DNA of 64,000 nucleotides from an uncultured Chloroflexia bacterium (GTDB lineage: Bacteria; Chloroflexota; Limnocylindria; Limnocylindrales; CSP1-4). Position numbers and translations under genes: made by a program. Each line of letters opens with the position of its first letter. The first letter of the stretch is position 1. The notes under the pieces were generated by a model. That model had not been told where the DNA came from and searched no databases. It saw only the letters and a list, made by a program, of their open reading frames with translations. Positions 20,514 through 29,173 of the stretch are shown here, piece by piece. The stretch covers positions 340,566-404,565 of the forward strand of contig CAVXTU010000004.1 in NCBI GenBank assembly GCA_963764785.1, read 5' to 3'.

Positions 20514-21248
20514 CTACCAGCGTACGTGGCCGCCGTCGACGACGAGCATCTGCCCGGTGACCCAGCCAGCCTCTTCCGAGGCCAGGAAGGCAACGGCCGG
20601 AGCGATATCGGTCGACGCACCGCGGCGCGGGATGGCCTGCAGCGAGACCACGAAATCGTAGGCGTCTGCATGTGGGCTGGCGTCCGTGTTCTCGTTCGAG
20701 GTCAGGCCCGGCGCCACGGAATTGACCGTGATGCCGTACTTGCCCAGCTCCGTGGCCATGGCGCGGGTCAGCGCGAAGACGCCGCCCTTGCTGGCCTCGT
20801 AGTGGGCCATGTTGGGCGTGCCCGCGATGATCGAGTTCGAACAGATGTTGACGATGCGTCCGTAGTCGTTCTTGCGCATGGCGTCCGAGCCGGCACGGCA
20901 CATCAGGAACGTGCCATCGAGATTCACGCGCAGCAGCCTGCGCCATTCGACGAAATCGATGTCGTCCCAAGCCGTGAAGGGCACGATGGACGCGTCGTTG
21001 ACGAGCACATCGAGCGTGCCGTAGCGCTCCACGGTGCTGTCGACGAGGTTCGCCACCTGGTCCTGCTCGGCGATGTCCGTGGTGATGGCCAGTCCGGAGA
21101 CCGCCTTGGCAGCCGCTTCCGCCTTCGCCGTGTCGAGGTCTCCGATGACCACGGTGGCGCCTTCGTCTGCCAGCTTGTCGACGATGGCCCGGCCGATGCC
21201 CTGCGCGCCACCGGTAACGATTGCGACGCGTCCTTCGAGCTTGCCCAT
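20514..21248 (-). CDS. short-chain dehydrogenase/reductase (FabG-like)
   Basis: Start MGKLEGRVAIVTGGAQGIGRAIV at 21248. Catalytic YEASKGG (YxxxK). Confidence 0.88.
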   Translation of the reverse strand: MGKLEGRVAIVTGGAQGIGRAIVDKLADEGATVVIGDLDTAKAEAAAKAVSGLAITTDIAEQDQVANLVDSTVERYGTLDVLVNDASIVPFTAWDDIDFVEWRRLLRVNLDGTFLMCRAGSDAMRKNDYGRIVNICSNSIIAGTPNMAHYEASKGGVFALTRAMATELGKYGITVNSVAPGLTSNENTDASPHADAYDFVVSLQAIPRRGASTDIAPAVAFLASEEAGWVTGQMLVVDGGHVRW

Positions 21249-21259
21249 TGCGTTCCTCC

Positions 21260-22009
21260 TCAGGCCCCGTAGAACTCGGGGGCGTGCTTCCAGGTGCCCC
21301 ACGACTCCAGCTCGTGGGAAACGAAGATGTCAGCGCCATGCTGGCGGGCCATCTCCTTGATCCGCCGGATGGCCTCGACCGAAGCGGTCGGATCGAGGTG
21401 GAACCCGCCGATGATCTCCTTGTCCAGCGTCTCCTGCGTGTAGGCGGCGTCACCGGCGAAGATCATCGGCTTGCGGCCTTGCGGTTCGGCCAGCAGCGAC
21501 AGATGCGCGATGGTGTGCCCCGGAGTGGTGAAGAGGGTGAGCCCGTCGGCCAGCTGGTAGTCACCCTCGACGAACTTGACCTTGGTGGTGCCGCGCTCAT
21601 ACCACTCGACATCCGAATAACCCAGCCGCTCGAACGGTTCAGGCACCAGCAATGAACGCAGCTCGAACTTGCTGGTGATGAGCGTGGCGTTCTTCAGGTA
21701 CTTGTTGCCGCCGACGTGGTCGAAATGGAAATGCGAGTTGACCACGTAGTCGATCTCGTCGGGCGAGGTCCCGCATAGCTTCAGCTGTTCCGGCAGCGTC
21801 TGCTGCGGCGTCTGTTCAGGCAGCTCGAAGGGCAGGACCGCATTCACATGCTCCAGGTCGTAGCCCGTGTCGAAGATGAACTTGCCTTCCGGGTGATCGA
21901 TGTAGACACCGTAGACGGGGAAGCGCACGGGCGTGCCCACGTCCAGGTGCCAGAGGACGTCGGAACGGTCGATGACGAGCGTCCCGAGGTCCAGCAGGTA
22001 GATCTTCAT
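21260..22009 (-). CDS. metallo-beta-lactamase-fold hydrolase (N-acyl-homoserine-lactonase/gamma-lactonase-like)
   Basis: 249-aa ORF with SHFHFDHVGGN (HxHxDH) and TPGHTIAHLS. Confidence 0.78.
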   Translation of the reverse strand: MKIYLLDLGTLVIDRSDVLWHLDVGTPVRFPVYGVYIDHPEGKFIFDTGYDLEHVNAVLPFELPEQTPQQTLPEQLKLCGTSPDEIDYVVNSHFHFDHVGGNKYLKNATLITSKFELRSLLVPEPFERLGYSDVEWYERGTTKVKFVEGDYQLADGLTLFTTPGHTIAHLSLLAEPQGRKPMIFAGDAAYTQETLDKEIIGGFHLDPTASVEAIRRIKEMARQHGADIFVSHELESWGTWKHAPEFYGA

Positions 22010-22020
22010 GCGTCCGATCC

Positions 22021-22944
22021 TCAGTCGCTCAGCGCCTTGCGCACCTTGACCAGGCCGCCGAAGCGCTGCGCCCGCAGCTGCGCGATCTTGTCATCGTCAT
22101 AGTCGAAGATGCCGCCCTTGGTCTTCATGCCGAGACGACCCTCGTCGACCAGCTTCTGGATGGTCGACGACAGCCCCTTCTCGTTCGAAAGGTCCTGGTT
22201 GAGGTAGCTCGCCACGGCCGAGTAGATGTCCAGGCCGGCCATGTCCAGCAGCTGCATCGGGGGGATGACCGCGAGCTTGTAGCCGATGCCCCACTTGACG
22301 TTGACATCGAGCTCATCGAGGTCGACCACGCCGTCGTCGACGAGCGCCAGGCACTCGCGCATGATGGCGTAGAGGATGCGGTTCTCGACGAAGCCCGGCA
22401 CTTCCTTCTTGATGCGCGAGGGCACATAGCCGACGTCGCCGATGACGTCGACCACGGCGTCGACGGTCGTCTGCGAGGTCTTCTCGCCGGGGATGACCTC
22501 GATCATGGGGATGAGGTGCGGCGGGTTGGACCAGTGGGTGCCGATGACCCGCTCGGGGTGCTCGAGCTCTGCGGCGATCTTGGTGATGGGGATGCCCGAG
22601 GTGTTCGACGCCAGGATGGTGTCGGCAGCGGTGTGCTCCTCGTACTCCGCGAAGACCTTCTTCTTGAGATCCAGGTTCTCAGGCACCGCCTCGAAGACGA
22701 TCTCGGCGCCATCGAGGGCTTCTGCCACGTCGGTGGCGTAGCTGACGGAACCGCCGCCCTGGTCGGGCGTCTCGAGCTTGTCAAGCACACCCCAGGCCAT
22801 CTGGTGCATGCCCTTGGCCGCCTCGATGGCCTCAGGGCTGGTGTCGTACATCCGGACGCTCATCCCGGCGCGTGCCAGCACGGCGCCCATGCCCGGACCC
22901 ATGGACCCTGTGCCCATGATGGCGGCGTTCTTGAATCGGCTCAT
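22021..22944 (-). CDS. 3-hydroxyacyl-CoA (3-hydroxybutyryl-CoA) dehydrogenase
   Basis: 307-aa ORF with NAAIMGTGSMGPGMG (NAD fold), SNTSGI and HWSNPPHLIPMIEV. Confidence 0.88.
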   Translation of the reverse strand: MSRFKNAAIMGTGSMGPGMGAVLARAGMSVRMYDTSPEAIEAAKGMHQMAWGVLDKLETPDQGGGSVSYATDVAEALDGAEIVFEAVPENLDLKKKVFAEYEEHTAADTILASNTSGIPITKIAAELEHPERVIGTHWSNPPHLIPMIEVIPGEKTSQTTVDAVVDVIGDVGYVPSRIKKEVPGFVENRILYAIMRECLALVDDGVVDLDELDVNVKWGIGYKLAVIPPMQLLDMAGLDIYSAVASYLNQDLSNEKGLSSTIQKLVDEGRLGMKTKGGIFDYDDDKIAQLRAQRFGGLVKVRKALSD

Positions 22945-25244
22945 GCTTGACCCTCCTGTTGTCGTGACTGATTGATAGAGCGCCAGACGCGCTCAGGCGT
23001 CAATGGCAGTGCCGTGACTGGTATCCCACTGTCTGCGACGGCAGTGGCGATCGCTCCGATGACGCCGGCGAACGCGCCCTCCCCGCAACCCTTGGCGCCG
23101 AATGGACCTGGACCATCTTCGTTCTCGACGATGATGCAGCTCGACTCATCGGGCAAGTCCTCGATCGATGGGATGCGGTACTCGAGCAGGTTGTCGTTGA
23201 GCAGTATCCCCTCCTGGAAGACCATCTCCTCGAACAGGGTATTGCCGATCCCCTGCATCGTGGCGCCCTCGTCCTGGCGCTCTACCAGCTGCGGGTTGAT
23301 GGCCCGACCAACGTCAGCCACGGTTGCGGTCTTCTCGACCCGCACCAGCCCCGTGTCGCGGTCCACGCTGACCTCGGCCGCAGCCACGCAGACCTCCCAG
23401 AAGACCGGGCCTTCCGCGTATGAGCCGCTGCCCTTGGGATGCACCCCGCCCTCCCCGATGAGCTGACCGCCCGACAGGCCGAAGCGTTTGGCGATGAGCT
23501 GCGGGTAGCTGCGCGATTCCCCTCGGCACCAGGCGGCGCCATCGCGTAGCAGCGGCTCTTCAGTGGCATCCGGCCAGATGGACCGGGCGATCTGCTCAAG
23601 ATCGGCGCGGACCTCCAGGGCGGCGCGATGGACGGCCATCCCGGCCAGCGTCGTGGAGCGGCTGGCACCGGTGGAGCGGTCGTAGGGCGTGAATTGCGTG
23701 TCGGTGCCCAGGCAGCGCACCCGTTCGGTCGGCATCGACAGCGTCTCCGCTGCGATCTGCGCGAAGGCCGTCCGCTGGCCCTGGCCCATCTCCGTGGAGC
23801 CCACCGCGACGATGGCCTCGCCGTCCGACTCGAGACGCACCACGGCACTCGAAACGGGGTGCGCGCCGGCCGCGAGAAGACCGACCGACAGACCGCGTCC
23901 GTGCCCGTCGGGCAAGGCTGTGTCCCAGCCCAGCCGCTCAGCCGCCTTTTCGATGTCCCCGACCAGGTCCGCATCGAGCGGCTTGCCACCTGCCCGGACG
24001 TCCTCGCCCGGCCTGGCCAGATTGCGCCGGCGCATCTCGAGCGCGTCGACGCGGGCCCGCCGGCCCACCTCGTCGACCTGCAGCTCGCCGGCCCACTGGA
24101 GGTGGGCGGCGCCGAACGCGCGATATGAGCCCGAAGGTCCGGTGTTGGTGTGGACACACGAAGCGCGCACGCGGACGGCGGACCAGCGGTACGGACCAGG
24201 TGCCGCATCACCGCCGGTGGCGACCACGCGCGGTCCATTGTCGGCGTAGGCGCCGGTGTCGAATGCAACGTCCACGTCGCGCGCCAGCAGGCGACCATCG
24301 GCGTCAGCCGCGGTGCGCATGTGGATGATGGCGCCATGCCGCCGCGTGGTGGCCATCGACTCGTCGACGCGGTTCTGGATGCGGACCGGCCGGCCGGCCT
24401 TGCGCGCCAGCGCCACCGTCACCGGCTCCATCTTGGTGTAGGACTTGCTGCCGAAGCCGCCCCCGAGGTAGGGCACGATGACGCGGACCCGGGACAGCGG
24501 CACATCGAAGAGATCGGCGAGCTCTGCACGCACCAGGAAGGGATGCTGGCAGGTCGCCCACACGGTGATGCCGCCGGCGGAGGCATCCGCCACCACGGTG
24601 TGTGTCTCCATGGCGTACTGGTAGACGCCGGGGAACTCGTAGTCCCCCTCGACCACGATGTCCGCCGAGGCGAAGACGGCATCGACGTCGCCCTGGTCGA
24701 TGGCGTAGCGGTAGCAGACGTTGCCATCACGCTGCTCGTCGAGCTGCAAGCCATGGAAGAGGCCTGGCCGGATGGCGCCTTCATGGACCAGCGGGGCGTG
24801 CGGGCCGAGCGCCTCGCCGATGGTGCCGACGACGGGAAGCTCCTCGTACTCCACGACGATGGCGGCAAGGGCCGCCTCCGCGGTCTGCTCATCCAGTGCC
24901 GCCACCGCGGCCACGGGCTCACCCACGTGACGCACCTTCTCGATGGCCACGATCGGCCGATCCTTGATGGCGTGTCCGAAGTACGGGTCCTCATCGAGCA
25001 GGTCGGCGCCGGTCAGCACGGCGACCACGCCGGGCATGGCCTCAGCGGCGCTCGCGTCGATGCTGACGATCCGGGCGTGTGGCAGCGGCGATCGCAGTAC
25101 CTTGCCCTGCAGCATGCCGGGCACCACGATGTCGCCGACATAGACCGCCTCGCCACTCAACTTCTCGGCCGCGTCGAGGCGCGCCACCGAACGCCCCACC
25201 TGGGCCTGGGACTCCGGTGGCCGGACCACGGCCTCGGTGGTCAC
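22941..25244 (-). CDS. molybdopterin-binding large subunit of a xanthine-dehydrogenase/aldehyde-oxidase-family hydroxylase (CoxL-like, not a CO dehydrogenase)
   Basis: 767-aa ORF with GEAVYVGDI, GGGFGSK and SGSYRAFGAAH. It lacks the recalled CODH active-site loops (VAYRCSFR / AYRGAGR). 4-nt overlaps on both sides. Confidence 0.9.
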   Translation of the reverse strand: MTTEAVVRPPESQAQVGRSVARLDAAEKLSGEAVYVGDIVVPGMLQGKVLRSPLPHARIVSIDASAAEAMPGVVAVLTGADLLDEDPYFGHAIKDRPIVAIEKVRHVGEPVAAVAALDEQTAEAALAAIVVEYEELPVVGTIGEALGPHAPLVHEGAIRPGLFHGLQLDEQRDGNVCYRYAIDQGDVDAVFASADIVVEGDYEFPGVYQYAMETHTVVADASAGGITVWATCQHPFLVRAELADLFDVPLSRVRVIVPYLGGGFGSKSYTKMEPVTVALARKAGRPVRIQNRVDESMATTRRHGAIIHMRTAADADGRLLARDVDVAFDTGAYADNGPRVVATGGDAAPGPYRWSAVRVRASCVHTNTGPSGSYRAFGAAHLQWAGELQVDEVGRRARVDALEMRRRNLARPGEDVRAGGKPLDADLVGDIEKAAERLGWDTALPDGHGRGLSVGLLAAGAHPVSSAVVRLESDGEAIVAVGSTEMGQGQRTAFAQIAAETLSMPTERVRCLGTDTQFTPYDRSTGASRSTTLAGMAVHRAALEVRADLEQIARSIWPDATEEPLLRDGAAWCRGESRSYPQLIAKRFGLSGGQLIGEGGVHPKGSGSYAEGPVFWEVCVAAAEVSVDRDTGLVRVEKTATVADVGRAINPQLVERQDEGATMQGIGNTLFEEMVFQEGILLNDNLLEYRIPSIEDLPDESSCIIVENEDGPGPFGAKGCGEGAFAGVIGAIATAVADSGIPVTALPLTPERVWRSINQSRQQEGQA

Positions 25245-25693
25245 GACGGAGCGCTCTCTTGCCGCAGATCCTGCGTGGCGTCGAGGATGGCGCGGTAGCC
25301 GGTGCAGCGGCAGAGGTTGCCCGCCAGCTCGCGTCTTACGGCAGCCTCGTCGCCAAGGTCACCGGCCGCTTGCATGGCGTGGATGGTCAGGACCATGGCC
25401 GGCGTGCAGAACCCGCACTGCACCGCCGCGTGGTCGGTGAACGCCGCCGCGATGCGGTCGTACTCAGGCGTGTCGCGGAGGCCTTCGATGGTGATCACCT
25501 CGACCCCATCAGCCTCCACCGCCAGGTAGGTGCACGAGCTCACGGGCCGACCATCGACCAGTACCGTACAGGCACCACAGACCTGGACGTCGCAGGAACG
25601 CTTGGCGCCGGTCAGGCCGAGCCGCTCGCGCAACACGTCGAGCAGCAGGTCCTGGGGCTCGATATCGAGCGGGCGTCGACCGTCCGTTGACAC
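25241..25693 (-). CDS. [2Fe-2S]-binding small subunit of the Mo-hydroxylase (CoxS-like)
   Basis: 150-aa ORF with CDVQVCGACTV, QCGFCTPAM and CRCTGY. Confidence 0.92.
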   Translation of the reverse strand: MSTDGRRPLDIEPQDLLLDVLRERLGLTGAKRSCDVQVCGACTVLVDGRPVSSCTYLAVEADGVEVITIEGLRDTPEYDRIAAAFTDHAAVQCGFCTPAMVLTIHAMQAAGDLGDEAAVRRELAGNLCRCTGYRAILDATQDLRQESAPS

Positions 25694-25711
25694 GGGGAGC
25701 GATGCGCATGC

Positions 25712-26422
25712 TCATCGGCCCGCTCCCGCGGAACCCTGCGCGCGCTCGACGCGACGCTCCCAGGCAGACCAGTACTCGTCCATGAAGGCGTCACGATACT
25801 TCTGCGGCTGGAGCGCGTGGGCATCATCGTGGCTGATGGGGCGAGTCGTGCCGAGCGACCCGGCGATGGCCTGGAAGCGGATGGCTCGCTCGAGAACGAC
25901 CGCGGTGAGCACGGACCAGCGAACATCCTCTCCTGCGATGACCACGCCGTGGTTCCGCAACAAGGCAGCCCGGCGATGGCCCAGCGCAGCCGCGACACGC
26001 GCCCCACGCACCTGGTCGGTCACCAGGTCCGGTCCCTCGTCGAAGGTACCGATGCCCTCGACGAAGAGCACCGCGTCGTGAGTCAGCATCTGCAGCTCCG
26101 CGTCGGTCGAGCCTAGGGCGGTGCCGTAGACCGGATGACCGTGGATGACCGAGTTGACATCAGGGCGGACGCGGTAGACCTCGGTGTGCATCACCGACTC
26201 GAGATGGTATCGCGTCGATGCCAGCGCGCCGGGCGAGTCGAGGTCAAGGGCGACGACATCATCGGGCTCGACCTCGTCGAGCGCTGGCCCCTTGCGCTTG
26301 ATCCAGATGGTGCGTGATCCGGGTTCCCTGGCGCTGACGTGACCCAGCGTCAGGTCGACGTAGCCCTCGAGCGCGATCACGCGGCAGGCCAGGGCGACCT
26401 GCTCCTGCAGCGCTGAGCTCAC
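25712..26422 (-). CDS. class II aldolase/adducin-family protein
   Basis: 236-aa ORF with LTLGHVSAR...VIHGHPVYGTAL...RNHGVVIAG. Confidence 0.8.
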   Translation of the reverse strand: MSSALQEQVALACRVIALEGYVDLTLGHVSAREPGSRTIWIKRKGPALDEVEPDDVVALDLDSPGALASTRYHLESVMHTEVYRVRPDVNSVIHGHPVYGTALGSTDAELQMLTHDAVLFVEGIGTFDEGPDLVTDQVRGARVAAALGHRRAALLRNHGVVIAGEDVRWSVLTAVVLERAIRFQAIAGSLGTTRPISHDDAHALQPQKYRDAFMDEYWSAWERRVERAQGSAGAGR

Positions 26423-26808
26423 GTCTCGCCGGCCGCTGACTCACGCCGCTCGGTGGGCGGGTAGTCGGGATGGGGGAAGGCGAAGACCATGGTGACCGGG
26501 TCTTCACCCGTGTTGGCGACCGCGTGCCAGACGCCTGCCGGGATGTAGAGGGCCGACCCCGCGCCGTATGCCACCGACTCCTTGTCCAGACGCAGCTCAC
26601 CCTGGCCACTGAGCACGTAGGCCAGCTCCTCGGTCTCATGCGAGAGCATGGCGGTCGCCGAGTACGGCGCGAATGACGAGAAGCCCAGGGCACTGGCCGA
26701 ACCGACGCGATCACCCGTCAGCATGACCCGGCTCCAGCTGCCTCCGGGCAGCTCGATCGGCGGTACGTCCTCCAGCGGGACGACGCGGACGCGGCCTAGA
26801 CGTCCCAC
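26419..26808 (-). CDS. cupin-domain protein
   Basis: 129-aa ORF with HETEELAYVLSGQGEL...YIPAGVWHAVAN (two cupin motifs). 4-nt overlap with the aldolase. Confidence 0.78.
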   Translation of the reverse strand: MGRLGRVRVVPLEDVPPIELPGGSWSRVMLTGDRVGSASALGFSSFAPYSATAMLSHETEELAYVLSGQGELRLDKESVAYGAGSALYIPAGVWHAVANTGEDPVTMVFAFPHPDYPPTERRESAAGET

Positions 26809-27803
26809 TGGCCATCGCGGAAGATATAGCCGCCCTTGCCGCCCTCGATGATCTCGAGCGTGGCGTTGCGAAGCACGCCGTCGAGATGGAGCGGGCTGGA
26901 GTTCTGACCGCCGGGATAGGCGTTCTTGTTGTCACCGAGCGCGAAGTGGACGTTGCCGATGCGGCCCTTCTCGGACGGCGAGCCCAGCGGCGACTTGTCG
27001 CTGGTGCCGAAGGCGAACTCGGCCACCACGTCGACGTTCGGGACGCCCTCGATGACTCGCTTGAGCTCCTTCGCATCGCGACCGCCCTCGATGCCTACGG
27101 CCCTGCCGTCTTTGACTGTCCAGAAGATGGGCTCGCTGACGACGTCGACGCCGATACCCAGCATGTTGCCGGTCACCGCGATGGTGCCGTTGGTCTGGTC
27201 CTCGACCGCCGCATAGGCCACCTCCGCCCAAAGCGGCAGCGGCCCCATCATCCAGCCGCGCTGGCGGATGGGCGTGACCTGCAGCGGCGGGCGCTCCTCG
27301 ATCGAGACCGTGACGTCCGTGCCTTCTGGCGTCCACACCCGGCACTTCCTGACGCCCTCGAGCTTCTTCATGGCCGCGACCGCGCGGTCGGTCGAGTTGA
27401 GGATGTCCTGGAGCTTGATGTCCCAGTCACCCATGCCGCCCTCGACCGATGCGATCTTGACGTTGTTGGCGCAGGACTCCCTGACCGCCGAGACATGGGC
27501 GAAGCGGTTGGCCCACTCGAGGTTGGTCATGATGATGATCTCGTCAGCCGCCAGCATGGCGTCGTGGAGGTTCTTGGGCGGCGCCATCGGGAACAGCGTG
27601 TCCTTGAGGCCAGCCGCGACCTGGGTCTCGTTGTTCATGATCACCGGCCATGCGCCACGTTCGGCGGCCACCTGCGCCACGACCTTGGCCAGCGCTGCGT
27701 GCTCGTCGTCGCAGATGATGGTGACGGTATCGCCCTTGTCGACGCTGAAGCAGTTGTCGACGATGAGCTCCGCGTGTTCGCGGACCTTGGCATCGCTTGG
27801 CAT
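26796..27803 (-). CDS. M29 aminopeptidase-fold protein, possibly a 2,5-dihydroxypyridine-dioxygenase (NicX)-like ring-cleavage enzyme
   Basis: Inner start MPSDAKVREHAELIVDNCFSVDKGDTVTIICDD at 27803. The C-terminal HFALGDN...SPLHLDGVLRNATLEI resembles both AmpS/aminopeptidase T and NicX as recalled. The two functions cannot be told apart by eye. Confidence 0.6.
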   Translation of the reverse strand: MPSDAKVREHAELIVDNCFSVDKGDTVTIICDDEHAALAKVVAQVAAERGAWPVIMNNETQVAAGLKDTLFPMAPPKNLHDAMLAADEIIIMTNLEWANRFAHVSAVRESCANNVKIASVEGGMGDWDIKLQDILNSTDRAVAAMKKLEGVRKCRVWTPEGTDVTVSIEERPPLQVTPIRQRGWMMGPLPLWAEVAYAAVEDQTNGTIAVTGNMLGIGVDVVSEPIFWTVKDGRAVGIEGGRDAKELKRVIEGVPNVDVVAEFAFGTSDKSPLGSPSEKGRIGNVHFALGDNKNAYPGGQNSSPLHLDGVLRNATLEIIEGGKGGYIFRDGQWDV

Positions 27804-27807
27804 CGGG

Positions 27808-28857
27808 CTATCCTCCTGCGCTGGTTGGCGCGCCGCGCAGTGCCGGCAGCACGTCGCGGGCAAAGCGTTCGACCTGGCCGAACTGGTCGAGTGATCCGAA
27901 GCGGCAGATGAAGTGGTCGACACCGGCATCGCGGAAGGTCTCGAACCACTCGATGATCTGGTCGGGCGTACCGACCGGACCCCAGTTGGAGAGGTCCATG
28001 GCCTTGCTCAGCTCGGGGTAGTACTGCGAGATGTAGCCGTCGAACGCCGACCGGGCAGCCGTCTCCGAGTCGCCGATGTTGAGGGTGACCTGGTACGAGA
28101 TGACGAGGCGGGAGGCATCGTCGCCCGTCTCCGCAGCCACATCACGCAGGTAGCCCAGCTGCTCCACGAGCTCCTCGGGATGCTGGGCGCGGCAGCAGGT
28201 CATCCAGCCCTCGCCGTACTTGAGGATGCGGCGGCAGGCCCGCTTCATCGTCTGCACCATCTTCTCGTCGTGGGCATCGGTGACCAGGCGCGGGTTGGAC
28301 ACGATCCAGAACGGCGGCGGCTTCTGGATGGGCATGAGCGGTCCCATCTCGGTCCCGGAGTAGAAGGAGATGTCGTCGTAGTCGTAGACATCGCCCTTGT
28401 AGGTGACCGAGCCGTCGATCCACAGCTGGCGCAGGATCTCCAGCCCCTCCTCGAAGATGCTGAAGCGACGATCGAAGTCCAGGCCCAGCGCCTCGAACTC
28501 GCGACGCACGCCCTTCTCGGGATTGCCGGCGCAGGGCCCGAAGACGGTTCGGCCGCTCGACAGGATATCCAGCGTCGCCCACTCGAGCGCCAGGTACAGC
28601 GGGTTCCGAGGTGACGTCACGATGCAGGCGGTGCCCAGCCGAGCCCGGCTGGTGCGTTGGCTGAGCGCCGAGAGCAACGCGATGGGTTCGTAGCGCGGCT
28701 TGGAGAACAGGCTGTCGCCGACCCAGAGGCTTTCGAAGCCGAGTTCTTCGCTGCGGACGGCGAGGTCCAGCAGCTCAGGCATGCCATAGTCGGGCGCGAT
28801 CAGCGGCTCGCGGTTGTTGAGGTTCACCCCGAACTCGACGTTCCCCGTGTGCGCCAC
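27808..28857 (-). CDS. luciferase-like (LLM class) flavin/F420-dependent oxidoreductase
   Basis: EFGVNLNNREPL...ELGFESLWVGDSLF. The preferred start is GTG at 28857, preceded by GGGGAGG with a 5-nt spacer. The listed ORF start 28902 would abut the palindrome. Confidence 0.85.
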   Translation of the reverse strand: MAHTGNVEFGVNLNNREPLIAPDYGMPELLDLAVRSEELGFESLWVGDSLFSKPRYEPIALLSALSQRTSRARLGTACIVTSPRNPLYLALEWATLDILSSGRTVFGPCAGNPEKGVRREFEALGLDFDRRFSIFEEGLEILRQLWIDGSVTYKGDVYDYDDISFYSGTEMGPLMPIQKPPPFWIVSNPRLVTDAHDEKMVQTMKRACRRILKYGEGWMTCCRAQHPEELVEQLGYLRDVAAETGDDASRLVISYQVTLNIGDSETAARSAFDGYISQYYPELSKAMDLSNWGPVGTPDQIIEWFETFRDAGVDHFICRFGSLDQFGQVERFARDVLPALRGAPTSAGG

Positions 28858-28900
28858 TGGCACCTCCCCAGACCGCGTCGTGGAATGGCTCGTAAGAGCC

Positions 28901-28919
28901 ATTGTTGACAGTCAACACA
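28901..28919. promoter_or_regulatory. palindrome ATTGTTGAC-A-GTCAACACA, candidate GntR operator (site 2)
   Basis: 17 of 19 positions match site 1 (8376-8394). Centred 53 nt upstream of the preferred LLM start codon, at the head of the minus-strand operon 28857 to 17841. Confidence 0.55.
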
Positions 28920-29173
28920 AGCATGGTACCAGTGGCCAGCTCCTTGCGGGCGACTGACCGATGCGACGATCGGATCCGGGTCGACCGGGGGCCAGCGGCC
29001 CTGTCTTGGTGCTCACCGGCCAGGCCAGCGAGCCCTGATCCGGGGCGCGGAACCGCAGGCCCAGTCGGGCGACTCGTTCAGGGGCAGCCGGGGCCGGCGA
29101 CGCGATCAGTGGCTGGCGAGGCCGGCGACTCGATCAATGGCACCCGGGGCCAAACGGCACCGGCCACGCCACG

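Noticed and set aside
28858-28902. The listed start (28902) for the LLM oxidoreductase ORF, MALTSHSTTRSGEVPVAHTG...
   Set aside because: That ATG directly abuts the palindromic operator and has no ribosome-binding site. The GTG at 28857 is preceded by GGGGAGG at correct spacing and gives the family-typical N-terminus just before EFGVNL.
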